Shown piece after piece: positions 39,501 through 46,560 of a DNA stretch of 64,000 nucleotides. The notes beneath the pieces are model-generated. The model ran no database searches. It worked only from the letters and a program-made list of their open reading frames with translations, and was not told the DNA's origin. This DNA is from a virus: IMG/VR virus record IMGVR_UViG_3300020419_000009, positions 1 to 64,000 of that record, one strand, 5' to 3'. The translations under genes and the position numbers were made by a program. Positions within the stretch are counted from its first letter, which is position 1; every line of letters begins with the position of its first letter.

Positions 39501-39542
39501 GCACGTTTCTTTAAGGCGGAAAAGGTGGAGCTACCAAAATAA
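24579..39542 (+). CDS. giant multidomain baseplate wedge/adhesin protein (gp7-like), 4987 aa
   Basis: Uninterrupted ORF after gp6; N-terminal LPRYF, CBM5/12-like repeats, FG-GAP-like repeats, G.GY repeats, KPYKTKIR and F.GDGS...F repeats. Confidence 0.7.
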   Translation: MAQDEKGIPIAGDNNQRKTADMLPRYFRTTANNKFLSSTLDQLMQPGVVEKVDGFIGRRDAKAWKSSDNYLSDVSNDRENYQLEPVATITDNLGNNTFYRDYRDYINSIKIRNGDTSDHSTLNAQEYYAWDPHINWDKFVNFREYYWLPTGPNTIPVYGSSREIQSTFSVRKQNNVDNDSYIFSKDNAVSNPTLTLYKGQTYTFDIDCVDMPFSIRTSNSIADDTNLYTKGVSQNNTETGTVTWTIDLESPDTLFYVNSNDNEASGLIIIKNIVDNTYLNVGEDILDRKTYKMQNGYELANGMRLEFVGDITPTKYATGTWYVEGVGEGIKLVSAEDVGISASYLADLTTQFDNTSFDALPFDDAISYANKKDYIVINKQSKDRNQWSRYNLWTHKSVLETTAAINGTSISVDQNFRATRPIIEFEAGLKLYNFGTEAKVNVDLVDTVTTDVFSDIEGQAGYFVDGTELVSGMRVLFTADPDTLVAGKIYEVTFIKQVNKTQIALKETTDTAPQTNETVLVKAGTRYKGKMFYYTGTTWKLGQDKIGTNQQPLFDLYNDSGTALSTLSGSTFTGNKIFSYKVGTGTADTELGFALSYRTIENSGDITFDFNLLMDTYQYDFGTTVLNVRTDTGLLRKYQTRTAYSDVSGWTKAKNKSSQPVVLQYTSGPRTNNFIIDSYEKSGDLNDLTYKVYVDNIKKVENIDFTIDRINSYAYVRFYTDLSINQKVVIETKSATPKNSRGYYKFPTNLEKNPMNENITDFTFGEVLDHVDSIVDEVPGFLGTFPGNSNLGDLGLVSKYGLKFVQHSGPINLALYNLTNKEFDMVEAIKYSNREYIKFKREFLRVANDLGFEAEDKQHVDKILLSLTETKTNKDPFYFSDMIPFGGDTTLTYEIEDISQTIFPLTRTIDFTTLNENAILVYLDQTQLIKDKDYTVSTDGFITITATITAGQKLYVYEYESTDGCWVPPTPTKLGLYPKYQPEVYLDDTYITAIPDETGPYKIYGIDETTNLNYKNKLGWFYPLFTDEVSAQAQDRRLGGTGVAHTHTFKGYNRVFYMPSSAMSHATYDTNSYPEWPSAKPMIQGHDGSLWRCFGDYRDKLLLDLEKRIFNNLKQEYDESVLDVADFVPSKNRNTNTTRQSISKLVTPEFNEWLATVGNPDATQNISFLRGNSFSYNYSYAGDPNGKPVAGFWRAIYKDFYNTDRPHSHPWEILGYKIKPSWFDTVYGVAPYTSNNLLLWEDMSKGIVRQPNTKVTYRNKFKNADIYKYIPVNGQGNLISPLESGYAFGSPDSDYQRDLVFGDEGPTETAWRRSSSYPFALIKAWALTRPAEFFGIAFDRSRIKRNSADQLVYTDTSKRIELDQLKFPNSASDTARINTAGIVNYMQGYLSANETVKFIEYQNNLKTMQNNLGCKIGGFSQKSKFRLILDSRTPTNEGNIFVPEENYKLVLTKSVPLDVYTYSGILIEKLTRGFKVSGYDLSNPFFNVYPVLRKGTDPVVNVGGVSEDFLTWAVNKTYDAGQIVKNGNQFYRVLITHDSGTSFISNNYDKIDRLPVTGGATALFAKNFETNIQSINYGTVFTEIQDVIDVILGYSKYLETVGFEFNNFNETIEEVENWQLSAKEFMFWSTQGWDAGTVLTLSPSARQIQFEKKYTVVDDIYDNFYDYSLLQADGKRLLADFATTERDNSNKFGIQVRNTEEGIYQLKIPVIQNEHAIILDNQTVFSDKIYNRAQGYRQERIKVKGYRSADWNGSLNIPGFIFDDAVINEWTEWQDYKIGDIVKHKQYYYVAKTSITGNSKFIDANFVLLNEKPEQKLLPNLDYKAKQFADFYDLDSDNFDLEQQKLAQHLTSYQKRKYLENIIPDEVSQYKFFQGMIQDKGTKNVLNKLFDKLGSANKESLEFYEEWAVRAGRYGATQGDDVFEILLDESKYRLDPQEVELVDVINPQDTSLIYKLDPNNIFVKSQNYDHKPFPTKYFGENDFYVPNAGYVNPADVYTSVTNYNLLINQTLSSISEGSYFWTAKEKNQLTWGVYKYITTDLKIDSLTASNADVFTVTLNKSPNLEIGDVIGINDIDTATDGLYTISDINLNVLSCNSVSDVAETDATVYTAGTGFITKFKKVRVANLTKADENIKQEGKGLSFNVLGSSTDSDTIWVDDDDTGKWVVLKSKQVYELKPDIKNIGAGILDSTDKDFGSSVSVTSDNNLIAITAPKNLNGSVYIYGRPSDNAEFNQIQEIFEETVLYDSNGAFGTSTAISPDGKYLAIGSPKASNVKTAYKGDYTNTTTYSVNEIVLYSEQLWKAKRLVQADALQFFSNHASNQQSKGDDYNTISSSYPTISYMLRGNPSIASAPTDHILIRAEKEQFEGTKSGDTLTLKWNRYTTNTPSGIAPFNGDTVLTESYINGDHEIIDKVEAIVKVISALATPEVGDEINTGNCKAIVQHRYIDNDNNLQIYLKNINGQLDAVGTITTAGITVGSYTREENITDNYHAGWWYINVGYTFTGSNIIESNANLVVQDITLQGEVQNTPTFSNILDTKQNENTASEPTKVSYFGVLSHVQGGTSINLIDSRWVIRTPLSHGNSFQTGDKFRIYLNDLYSNGTRQDPSDINLPYTYINDTEHTVADKWNGWTEARLTNFDLSGNPFIPTVGQTITDTATGSTATVAYIERSFATARFYLKNKSGTWSKGSDYNESSNVTFIENDSTVRTVGPINNTHHENSISGPLLVIDKTDNIQIPNTRVLENLEYWLYSSTQKSGITESSNPPGPTNLDWTRVYNIPLIEAGTQSANTIEGAFGIYERKGATYTLVNFFTVPNSDNNRQLGNQLKFRQSDSTTYKLYVHAKGNETEVNQGRIYIIDKNATDDWSLGNDNKYRGFYKNTATYYTGDLVRVGDTIYESSTNLVPGVFVSNQWTVKTDGVDLLGYVPNDTNFALTDSVLEQTNLEEFGEDFDISTDGSVMIANARYLNVSDSSIPNRKIVVYRKNGSHYQYSQLLEAFSSTEDYATTIAISNDGKKIAVGAPLNSEEVINGGCVYLYVQSGTQYVYKQTLRPVDKTPNTRFGAKLDFDGNTLAINSKGGDLSTNTSFDLSSTTYDGRTTEFKIIDNDSGVVSIYETVNDTLIYGQDFTYNSDTQEFGSIMVVKDNHIYLGLPKQGIITNNTNDTGIVAEYRKPAGTSTWSQIRQPVLPADTSKFKGIFLFNKLDNSLVTYLDYIDPLQGKIAGPAEQEISFKTSYDPAKFSISTATGITAQPLDYTAEKWVGKLWWDIGSAKFINHHQGNITESTQNFNKLFTGTTVDVYEWVQSTLLPSEWDTRAGTEAGLTLGISGTTKYGDTAYSVRRIYDEASQTFSNNYYYWVKDKRTLPTNENRQISGFDVARYISNPSDAGYRFVAILGSNRFSIYNCEDLIQDKDIGISFNWWTIDNQTQNTHNQYQLLTDGLETSVPNTEIEQKWFDSLIGFDTQDRPVPDINLPMRKKYGNLNEPRQSWFVNKTEARKEFVERTNKVLKQNLIVDDKDISGLSAIDPQPTVATGRYDTTSDNYAQLSFVSVARVKQANITLEVENGNVVNALIIDAGAGYINPPSYVISDTQGSGCSLTFTLDANGSISAVTIDKSGQNYTSNISLTIRKFSVLVKNDETVGGKWAIFAWSGSEWLRTKTQSFDVSAYWQYIDWYKLNYNQFTPIDFTVESSYQLSGLDDNIGNVVKIRNVGTGGWLLLQKTGDTMSSDYTVNYDTIGRENGTIEFKNSLYDVSNENIAYDGASFDKIFYDTEPVEEFRRILSIVKNKIFTDDLGIHWNNLFFASLRYVFSEQPNVDWAFKTSYIKAKHNVGSLTQKVNFQNDNLSSYESYVQEIKPYKTKIREYLSSYEKIDPSASSITDFDLPPVYNVDAGKIIPQSVQIVDNKVVSGTSDITNYPSKHWVDNIGFELTSLTIADAGSGYNGPPKIKITGGGGSGAEAKAYIGTDGKVTAVEMLKTGSGYLSQPTIEVQGSQADGSITARVSPVLGKGKARAVHVVCKFDRTTGVYLFNTLSETQTFTATNDQQIFNVKWPMQLKSTKITVTVDGLESLRSEYTFTNIKDTSKGYTRNYGRIFFTAPQSAGSTIIITYDKAPDLLQAQDRINLYYNPATGMFGKELGQVMDGIDYGGVEVSSYSFGTGTGWDSDNWFTGTYDTFDTTYDDEIFQLDGSTEVFALTNPLANGVVYNIYRNGVRIDDPNFGTASQTNTNAVMQSITGDGTTTTVTITKSVQSFQANDVVVIRKTTSDGSFLPDPRSYDTLLSGGDLQFTTAKGINPEDIVIDGDGFVTPTTSKGPEEQVPGQILDSVDIKVFHRPKEGGSLLSSNSYNADGSRVEFAFGIQPQNKEGLIVRVNDIIQAQNLYTVDYRLKTIRFNSAPTSNVTVNIISVSGNGENVVEADEFIGDGSTTQFLTKARWTSKLDYYATVNGVAVESVLIPSTDSTDEDAKAIMSFGSAPPDNSIINFAVYSAVDNFSKIETQEFTGDGSSKIFTLNKTPYSAKPNSHNVIVKQGNKILNPGYNQQFTVSTGVSEYFLEIWQRPIGSFDNSDVLVLLNGKELTIATEYNIRPANSSVILEPGIGSSGDTLEVYIRTDGEYAFGSIQVINNQNTWVDSGADLQFTTAPAIDEKITVYTFNKHDSLDFERINYDVVSRSTLSVGSTDHIEYNHLRAGLVKLRKLAVDAQFVWLTVNGVLKTPSVDYKLTDDKLFVKYNGSFADNDVIELIHFSSDGPQQPKFGFSQFKDILNRNIYKRLGDISSIKLIKPLLITDKEIHLDNTINLSAPDKTSSIPGIIFINGERITYLVKTGNVLKQLQRGTLGTGVPTIHNTGSDVYNANLQQTAPYADSTITENFTGDGSTSTFILGFTPNSANEFEVFVAGKRLRKNAISVFDATKDQDSPEADVISPAEFSVTGSSNVLTLTNIPTNNAKIQVIRKQGKRWTDPGISLNDAESLVARFFKAEKVELPK

Positions 39543-39563
39543 ATACAGTTGTAGGAAAATAAT

Positions 39564-40175
39564 ATGATTGACAATTTTAAAGAAAATAACGGAGTATTAC
39601 TTCAAGGACATATTAAGATTCATAACCCTGAATCTGGTGAAATTCTAGTAGACAAACGAAACGCTATTCATTATGAAAATATGAGTATTTCTTTAGCTGA
39701 GAGTTTAGCAAATGCTGGTTCTGGCTTTATATATCAAATGGCGTTTGGAAACGGTGGTACTAGTATTGACCCGACAGGCATCATTACATATCTTACACCA
39801 AACTCAACAGGTACAAATGCAAGTTTATACAACCAAACATTTATTAAGGTTGTAGACGATAGGAGTGTTAACAATACCGATCCTGCTAGAAACAAGATAG
39901 AATCTAGACATGTAAGCGGTACAAACTACACAGATATATTAGTTACTTGTTTATTAGATTATGGTGAACCAACAGGACAAGATGCTATTGATAATGCAAC
40001 AAACGCCAATAGTTTGTATGTGTTTGATGAGTTAGGATTAGTAAGTTATGATGCATCTGGAACAGGAAGATTACTAACACACGTTATATTCCATCCAGTA
40101 CAAAAAAGTTTGAACAGACTTGTACAAATTGATTATACAGTGAGAGTTCAAAGTTTATCAGGGTTGAATGAATAA
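39564..40175 (+). CDS. virion structural protein, probable baseplate/fibre attachment
   Basis: 203 aa; MAFGNGG, FDELGL, LLTHVIFHPVQKS; TAAATA upstream at 39540-39545. Confidence 0.55.
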   Translation: MIDNFKENNGVLLQGHIKIHNPESGEILVDKRNAIHYENMSISLAESLANAGSGFIYQMAFGNGGTSIDPTGIITYLTPNSTGTNASLYNQTFIKVVDDRSVNNTDPARNKIESRHVSGTNYTDILVTCLLDYGEPTGQDAIDNATNANSLYVFDELGLVSYDASGTGRLLTHVIFHPVQKSLNRLVQIDYTVRVQSLSGLNE

Positions 40176-42256
40176 TGGCTTATACAATAAATTACGCGGA
40201 TACTAACAAAGGTACAATATCTATAGAAGACAGTACGATCAACCAAACTACCAGTTTAGATATACCGGGCAGAAACACTACAAGTTATGGTTCAGTTATT
40301 GCGAATAGTTTTTTAAATGTATTAGAAAATTTTGCTAATACATCAGCGCCAAGAAACCCAATCCAAGGACAATTATGGTATGATAGTTCAACTGGAGTAA
40401 ACACATTAAAACTATATGATGGAACAGGTTGGATAAATGCAAGTGGATTGAAAAAAGGAAATACTGCTCCTACAGTATCTTCGGCACTTACTGGAGACTT
40501 ATGGAGTGATACAGATAACAATCAATTATATATTTTTACAGGATCAGGATGGACATTAGTAGGACCTGAATATAGTGATGGTTTGTTGACAGGATCAAAG
40601 CCGGTAGTCGTAACAGGTAAAGATGAAGTAAACTATACAATTTTACAGACAGAGGTTGCAGGAAGTCCTATAGCAATATATAGCACTAAATCATTTGCAC
40701 CTAAAACAACCATTAACGGATTTGAAACTATACAACCAGGATTAAATCTTTCTACAATTGATATCGGCGGAGCCGGTATAGGAAAATTTTATGGCACAAG
40801 TGAAAAAGCAGAAAACTTAGTAGTAAGTAATGTTAGTGTGCCTGCATCTAAGTTTTTAAGAAGTGATGTAACTAGTACCTCAGACAACCAAATTATTGTT
40901 AGTAATAATAAAGGAATACAAGTAGGACAAGATGCTATTGTTACTTTTGATGTGCAAGGTACATCAGGAGTTGTAACAAATTTAACTTCAGGTGCACCTA
41001 TTGATTTTAAAGTAAACAATTTAGGCACACAGAAAAACGTTATTAGGATTGACTCTACAGAAAAAGTTGGAATAAACACTCTAAGTCCAGCAGAAGCATT
41101 AGATGTAGCAGGATCAATCCAAGCAAGTACAAATTTAATAGTTCAAGGTACAACTGATAGTTCTAGTATAGGAACAGGAGCAGTAAAAATTTCAGGTGGA
41201 GTTGGCATAGCCAAGAAGTTATACGTAGGAACTGACTTAAATGTTGCCGGAACTAGCACAACAGGAACAATATTGCCTAGTGCAACTCAAACACATACGC
41301 TAGGATCATCTACAAACAGATGGTCACAAGTACATGCAGTTGAATTTAGAGGAAATCTTATAGGAAACATTACTGGTACTGTTACAGGTGGTGCCGCAAA
41401 TGCTAATAAGTTAACTAGTGCAAGTACTTTTGAATTATCAGGTGATGTAAGTTCTAATCAAATTACATTTGACGGCCAGATAGGCGGAACTACAAAGACA
41501 TTTACGACAGCGATTAGTAATACGTTTATTGCAAACAAGGCATTAGTAACTACACCAAATACAGATGATGAAATTATAATTAACAGGATTTCAGGTGATG
41601 AAACAGGGGTGTTTAAGATTAGTCAACAAGCATTGACAAGCTCTGTTCCAGTGATACCTATTGGAAGTATTATGCCATACGGTGGTAGTAGTGTGCCGGG
41701 AGGTTGGTTAGAGTGTGATGGACGAGAAGTAAAAATTTCAGATTATTTAACATTATATAATACCATACTATACCAATTCAAGGATCAGAGTCAGGTGACA
41801 TCAGGACAATTTGGTTTACCAGATCTTAGAGGTAGATTTCCACTTGGTGCTGATAACATGGGCGGTACAAGTATAAACAGAGTTACAGACGTAAATGCTG
41901 ATACAGTTGGACTTGGTTCAGGTGTAGAAAGTCGTGCAATTGATGTTAGAAACTTACCTGAACACGAACATGATTTAAGATCACCTAAAGGTGCTCAGTT
42001 TTATGTAATTTTAGATGATAGCGGTACGCCACAGGATGCTGATACTATTCCTTATGATGCACCGACAGGAACTGGAGCAGGACAAGCCAGAACTTCTTCC
42101 GGTGGTGTATTAAATAGAAGAAACATTCAATATAATCAACAAACAGGTTTAGAAACTTATGAAACATTTGATATTACAGAGTTAGGTACTCCGTACAATG
42201 TTATGAATCCGTTCTTAACAGTCAAATATATAATTTATTCAGGAGTTGGGGGCTAA
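40175..42256 (+). CDS. tail fibre with tail collar domain
   Basis: Shared N-terminal fibre domain (LENFA...P..GQLWYD); collar motif PIGSIMPYGG...GWLECDG...FGLPDLRGRF; LPEHEH; NVMNPFLTVKYII. Confidence 0.8.
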   Translation: MAYTINYADTNKGTISIEDSTINQTTSLDIPGRNTTSYGSVIANSFLNVLENFANTSAPRNPIQGQLWYDSSTGVNTLKLYDGTGWINASGLKKGNTAPTVSSALTGDLWSDTDNNQLYIFTGSGWTLVGPEYSDGLLTGSKPVVVTGKDEVNYTILQTEVAGSPIAIYSTKSFAPKTTINGFETIQPGLNLSTIDIGGAGIGKFYGTSEKAENLVVSNVSVPASKFLRSDVTSTSDNQIIVSNNKGIQVGQDAIVTFDVQGTSGVVTNLTSGAPIDFKVNNLGTQKNVIRIDSTEKVGINTLSPAEALDVAGSIQASTNLIVQGTTDSSSIGTGAVKISGGVGIAKKLYVGTDLNVAGTSTTGTILPSATQTHTLGSSTNRWSQVHAVEFRGNLIGNITGTVTGGAANANKLTSASTFELSGDVSSNQITFDGQIGGTTKTFTTAISNTFIANKALVTTPNTDDEIIINRISGDETGVFKISQQALTSSVPVIPIGSIMPYGGSSVPGGWLECDGREVKISDYLTLYNTILYQFKDQSQVTSGQFGLPDLRGRFPLGADNMGGTSINRVTDVNADTVGLGSGVESRAIDVRNLPEHEHDLRSPKGAQFYVILDDSGTPQDADTIPYDAPTGTGAGQARTSSGGVLNRRNIQYNQQTGLETYETFDITELGTPYNVMNPFLTVKYIIYSGVGG

Positions 42257-44085
42257 TGGCATATCAAATTAACAAAACAAGTGGCGCATTATTAGTCAAC
42301 TTAGCAGACGGTCAAATAGATATTAATTCAACTGACATTACTTTAATAGGAAAAAACTATTCTGGTTTTGGTGAAGCAATTAACGAAAACTTTGTTAAGA
42401 TGTTAGAGAACTTTGCAAATAGCTCAGCACCATCTCAACCTTTAGCAGGACAAATATGGTGGGATACATCTAACCAAAGGTTACAAGTATACACAGGTAC
42501 ATCTTGGACTACTGGTGGCGGACCTATTGTAAGTGCATCACAACCAGACATGGTAGCAGGAGATTTGTGGATTAATAATAATCAAAATCAAATGTATTTC
42601 TTTGATGGTACAGATCTTACACTTGCAGGACCTATTTACAATGCATTTCAAGGAAAATCAGGACCTGAAACTGTAACAGTTCTTGATAATACAGGCACAA
42701 GTCGTAATATTGTAAAATATTGGATAGGCGGGTCGCTTGTTGGATTATGGAGTAAGATTGCATTTACACCACAAAATATAGATACGATTCCTAACTTTAC
42801 AGGAAATGTTGTAAAAGGATTCAACGTTGTAGATGCAGATTTTGTTTTTGCCGGAACAGCAACAAGAACAGAATCATTAGTTGATTCTTCAGGTGTTGTT
42901 AGAACAGCAGGACAGTTTTTAGCAAGTGATTCAGATGACTCTACAAGTGGTGCATTATCAGTAAGAAACAATAACGGACTAACTATAGGATTAACAGACA
43001 ATAATCAAATAAAAGTTACAAACTTAGGTGTTGTTTCTGAAAACAATGTATCTGGTGAAAACTATATTATTAGAATGACAACTAGTTTAGGTAAAAAAGA
43101 TGCTGTAACTATAGATTCAACAAATAGTAGAATAGGAATTTACAATTCATCACCTAGTGCAACGTTAGACGTTACAGGTGACATGAAAGTAAGTGGTAAT
43201 TTTACTGTAGCAGGTACACAAACTACTTTAGATGTAGAAACTTTAAGAGTAAGAGATAAGCAAATACAGTTAGCTAGAGGCGATGATAGTACATTATTAG
43301 ACAATGCTGGCGTAGATGAATCAGGAATAACGGTAGAATCATCAGGTGGAAACAAAGAATGGTTATGGAAAAATGCAACCAATTCTTGGACATCAAATGT
43401 AAACATCAATATGACAGGCGGAGCAAAACTCCAATCCGATGGTGTTGACCTAATTGATGGTACAACTGCTCCTGGTATAACTGCAATTGGTAACTTGACA
43501 AGTGCTAATATAGGAAATATGAGCTTTGCTGGTATAACAATGACTACTGGAACACCAAGTGCAGGTAATGGATTGCTAATGAATCTTGCAGGTGATTTAA
43601 GCATGGTACAAGCAAGGAAAATTAGGAATGTAAGTGATCCTGTATCAGATCAGGATGTGGCAACTAAAGCATACGTGGATAGTAGTATAGATTTAGAGGT
43701 TATTCCACTGACATTAGATATTACAGGTTTAGGCACGGGTAGTAATTTAAACACAAATATTGCAACAATAATCAACGATATTTCACCGTCAACTACTAAA
43801 AGAGACGGTACAGAAGCTAGAGTGCATTGTACTTCTACTGTAGGAGCAACTGCTACACTATCTGCTTCAAATTTGAATAATAGTTTCAATAAAAGTTTAA
43901 CAACAGTGCAAAAATTAGACGGTAATGGTGCCGATGATGGGTCTGCATCGGTGATTGGAGACGCAACATTTAATGATGTTACTGGTTCTATTACTTCATC
44001 TGTAACAAGGACCTTGAAATTATTTAGAGTTAACAACGGATCATGGGGTTATGTGCAAGACCTAACTCCGGGCAACTTAGTATAA
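42256..44085 (+). CDS. tail fibre protein (paralogue 2)
   Basis: Same N-terminal domain (GKNY.G.GE..NENFV..LENF...P..GQIWWD); IRNVSDPVSDQDVATKAYVD neck motif. Confidence 0.75.
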   Translation: MAYQINKTSGALLVNLADGQIDINSTDITLIGKNYSGFGEAINENFVKMLENFANSSAPSQPLAGQIWWDTSNQRLQVYTGTSWTTGGGPIVSASQPDMVAGDLWINNNQNQMYFFDGTDLTLAGPIYNAFQGKSGPETVTVLDNTGTSRNIVKYWIGGSLVGLWSKIAFTPQNIDTIPNFTGNVVKGFNVVDADFVFAGTATRTESLVDSSGVVRTAGQFLASDSDDSTSGALSVRNNNGLTIGLTDNNQIKVTNLGVVSENNVSGENYIIRMTTSLGKKDAVTIDSTNSRIGIYNSSPSATLDVTGDMKVSGNFTVAGTQTTLDVETLRVRDKQIQLARGDDSTLLDNAGVDESGITVESSGGNKEWLWKNATNSWTSNVNINMTGGAKLQSDGVDLIDGTTAPGITAIGNLTSANIGNMSFAGITMTTGTPSAGNGLLMNLAGDLSMVQARKIRNVSDPVSDQDVATKAYVDSSIDLEVIPLTLDITGLGTGSNLNTNIATIINDISPSTTKRDGTEARVHCTSTVGATATLSASNLNNSFNKSLTTVQKLDGNGADDGSASVIGDATFNDVTGSITSSVTRTLKLFRVNNGSWGYVQDLTPGNLV

Positions 44086-44088
44086 ATA
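44081..44088 (+). promoter_or_regulatory. T4 late promoter TATAAATA
   Basis: Exact consensus overlapping the stop of 42256..44085, 28 nt before ATG 44117. Confidence 0.7.
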
Positions 44089-44116
44089 CATATAACATAC
44101 GATTAGGGGTTAATAC

Positions 44117-45595
44117 ATGGCGTACATAATAAATTTAACAAATGGCACACAGTTAGCTTCCGTAGAAGATGGAACTATTGACCAAACTACCACACTAAAA
44201 TTAGTTGGTAAAAACTATGCTGGTTATGGTGAAATCCAAAACGAGAACTTTGTTCATTTGCTGGAGAATTTTTCAAGTGCAAACCAACCTGCTTCTCCTT
44301 TATCAGGGCAGATTTGGTTTGATAGTTCAGTAAAAAAACTTAAATTTTACGATGGAACTAAATTTAGAACAACAGGTGGAGCAGAAGTATCCACAACACA
44401 ACCGGTTGGTTTAACAACTGGAGATTTTTGGTGGGATTCAACAAACAACCAACTTTACGCACAAAATGCCGCAGGCGCTTTTACCCTAATTGGTCCACAA
44501 AGCATTGGTGCAACTGTAACAGCAATGGTTACAGCTCAAGTAAAAGATAGCAATCAAGTAAACAGAACTGTAATAAGAGGTACTATTGAAGATAATACGG
44601 TCTTTATAGTAAGTAATTCAGAATTTACCATTGACAGCACAGATGCAAGTAATGTTATCACAGGATTTGATGTTGTACGACAAGGTATAACATTAAGAAA
44701 TACCACATCTAGTACAAATGGTGCAACGAGTAGTGCCCATAGATTTTACGGAACGGCTACAAACGCAGACAAGTTAAATGGCCAACCAGCATCTAGTTAT
44801 GCACTTTCAGGAAATGCAAACTTTTCTAGTGTAGTAAGATTTGGAGATCCGGGATATACAGTAGGAGCGGCAAACGATTTAGCTTTTTTCATTGATAGTG
44901 CAGGTTCAGGTAACGAAGCTGTCATAGAAAATACTACAGGACAAAAAATAAGGTTCAAAGTAAAATCAGGTGCAGGTGTATCAACAGAACCAATGCATAT
45001 TTCGGCAACAGGTTTAATACCTACGACAACAGCAACTTATGATATAGGTGATACAAACTTTAAATTTAGAAATATTTACGCCAATTCCTTTATAGGATTG
45101 GCAACTAATGCAACAAATTTACAAGTTGGCTCTAATTTTAGAACAGGTGATGTAAATGCAACAAATAACACTGTTGCTGTAAGAGATTCAAGCGGAAATT
45201 TAGCCGCGAATACATTTAATGGAATATCAACATCGGCAAAATATGCTGACTTGGCAGAAAAATACTCCACTGATCAACATTATCCAGTAGGAACATTAAT
45301 GACTATAGGCGGAGATGCAGAATCTACAGCATGTGAAGGCGACGATACTTGCATTGGTGTTATTAGTACAAAACCTGCTTATTTAATGAATTCAGATGCA
45401 GACGGTCAAGCAATAGCACTAGTCGGAAGAGTGCCTGTAAGGATTACTGGTCCGGTAAATAAAGGGGATAAGGTTTATATTGCTCAAAACGGAACAGCAA
45501 GTGCAGTTACAGTATTAGGCGATATGATAGGTATTGCATTGGAAACAAACGATAGACACGAAGAAACTTTGGTTGAATGTATTTTGAAGTTATAA
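44117..45595 (+). CDS. tail fibre protein (paralogue 3) with C-terminal peptidase G2-like intramolecular chaperone
   Basis: Same N-terminal domain; C-terminal YADLAEKY...GVISTKPAYLMN...IALVGRVPV..GPV.KGD. Confidence 0.7.
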   Translation: MAYIINLTNGTQLASVEDGTIDQTTTLKLVGKNYAGYGEIQNENFVHLLENFSSANQPASPLSGQIWFDSSVKKLKFYDGTKFRTTGGAEVSTTQPVGLTTGDFWWDSTNNQLYAQNAAGAFTLIGPQSIGATVTAMVTAQVKDSNQVNRTVIRGTIEDNTVFIVSNSEFTIDSTDASNVITGFDVVRQGITLRNTTSSTNGATSSAHRFYGTATNADKLNGQPASSYALSGNANFSSVVRFGDPGYTVGAANDLAFFIDSAGSGNEAVIENTTGQKIRFKVKSGAGVSTEPMHISATGLIPTTTATYDIGDTNFKFRNIYANSFIGLATNATNLQVGSNFRTGDVNATNNTVAVRDSSGNLAANTFNGISTSAKYADLAEKYSTDQHYPVGTLMTIGGDAESTACEGDDTCIGVISTKPAYLMNSDADGQAIALVGRVPVRITGPVNKGDKVYIAQNGTASAVTVLGDMIGIALETNDRHEETLVECILKL

Positions 45596-45609
45596 GATAA
45601 GGAAGTACT

Positions 45610-46524
45610 ATGGCAGTAGGAGATACAATAACAGCGGCTCGTTATAATATTATTAGAGCGAGAATTGCCGCAGTTTTAGGTTTAGGCGCAGGCGACGAAG
45701 GGTATGGACAAGCAGTTACAAGTGCAACAGTAGCCGCAGGTGCAACGATTACAGCAACACATATGGCGAATCTTAATACCGACATGATAAAATGTCGTGT
45801 ACATCAAACTGGATCAAGTCCTTCGGAAATTGTTGCTCCGGTAGTAGGTGACACAATTGAAGATAGTAACTCTACGAGTAAAAAAGGGTATGCACAATAC
45901 GAAACTTTAAGCACAACTTGCCAAACAGCAAGATTAAATGTTGATGCAGGACAGCTTGGTTTACAAGCAGGCATTTCAAGCTCGAGAACAGCTAGTTGGT
46001 CAAGTGATATTACTCATATTATGACTGTAACTTTTGGAGGTTACTCAGTTACAAACGGTGACGGCAGTACATCAACTATTACTGCGGCAGATCATATGCG
46101 TGTATTTTTTAATGCAGGCGGAACAATATTATTCAGCGGTACAATTGGATCAGGAAGTTCAGCAATTAACAACGATTGGCGTAACTTAATGACTTCAGTA
46201 GGTACTGTATCTTTTGGTAGATCAACAACATCAAATGGATCAACTGGAACATCATATGGTTATGCAAATTTGCCAACTTCTTATACCACAGTTTTTAACA
46301 AAACTGCTTCAGCTTACTCGGCAAACGATTACTTAATTGAAGGACAGAAAAACGGAAATGTTTTAACATTTAGAATTACATTTAACGAAGATAAAGGTCC
46401 TAATCCAAATTACGATGAAGCAGTAACAGCCACAACAACTAGTACGGTGCAAATGAACAGACCTAACAACTCAAACTCTGTTGATATCACAGCACCAGCT
46501 TTCGCAAATAGCTCTACATTATAA
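45610..46524 (+). CDS. virion structural protein, tail-associated
   Basis: 304 aa, T/S/G/A-rich, ITAARYN..GYGQ and RVFFNAGG; in the fibre operon. Confidence 0.6.
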   Translation: MAVGDTITAARYNIIRARIAAVLGLGAGDEGYGQAVTSATVAAGATITATHMANLNTDMIKCRVHQTGSSPSEIVAPVVGDTIEDSNSTSKKGYAQYETLSTTCQTARLNVDAGQLGLQAGISSSRTASWSSDITHIMTVTFGGYSVTNGDGSTSTITAADHMRVFFNAGGTILFSGTIGSGSSAINNDWRNLMTSVGTVSFGRSTTSNGSTGTSYGYANLPTSYTTVFNKTASAYSANDYLIEGQKNGNVLTFRITFNEDKGPNPNYDEAVTATTTSTVQMNRPNNSNSVDITAPAFANSSTL

Positions 46525-46560
46525 GGTTAAATAGTTATACAATAAACTAGGAGTATAACT

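Noticed and set aside
24579-39542. Intein, intron or stop-codon reassignment explaining the giant ORF
   Set aside because: No recognisable intein ends or LAGLIDADG motifs; the frame is open in the standard code, and TAA, TAG and TGA all end genes in this window.
40175-46524. Diversity-generating retroelement or invertible fibre cassette
   Set aside because: No reverse transcriptase or recombinase in the window and no near-identical template/variable repeat noticed; the fibre paralogues are similar mainly at the protein level.
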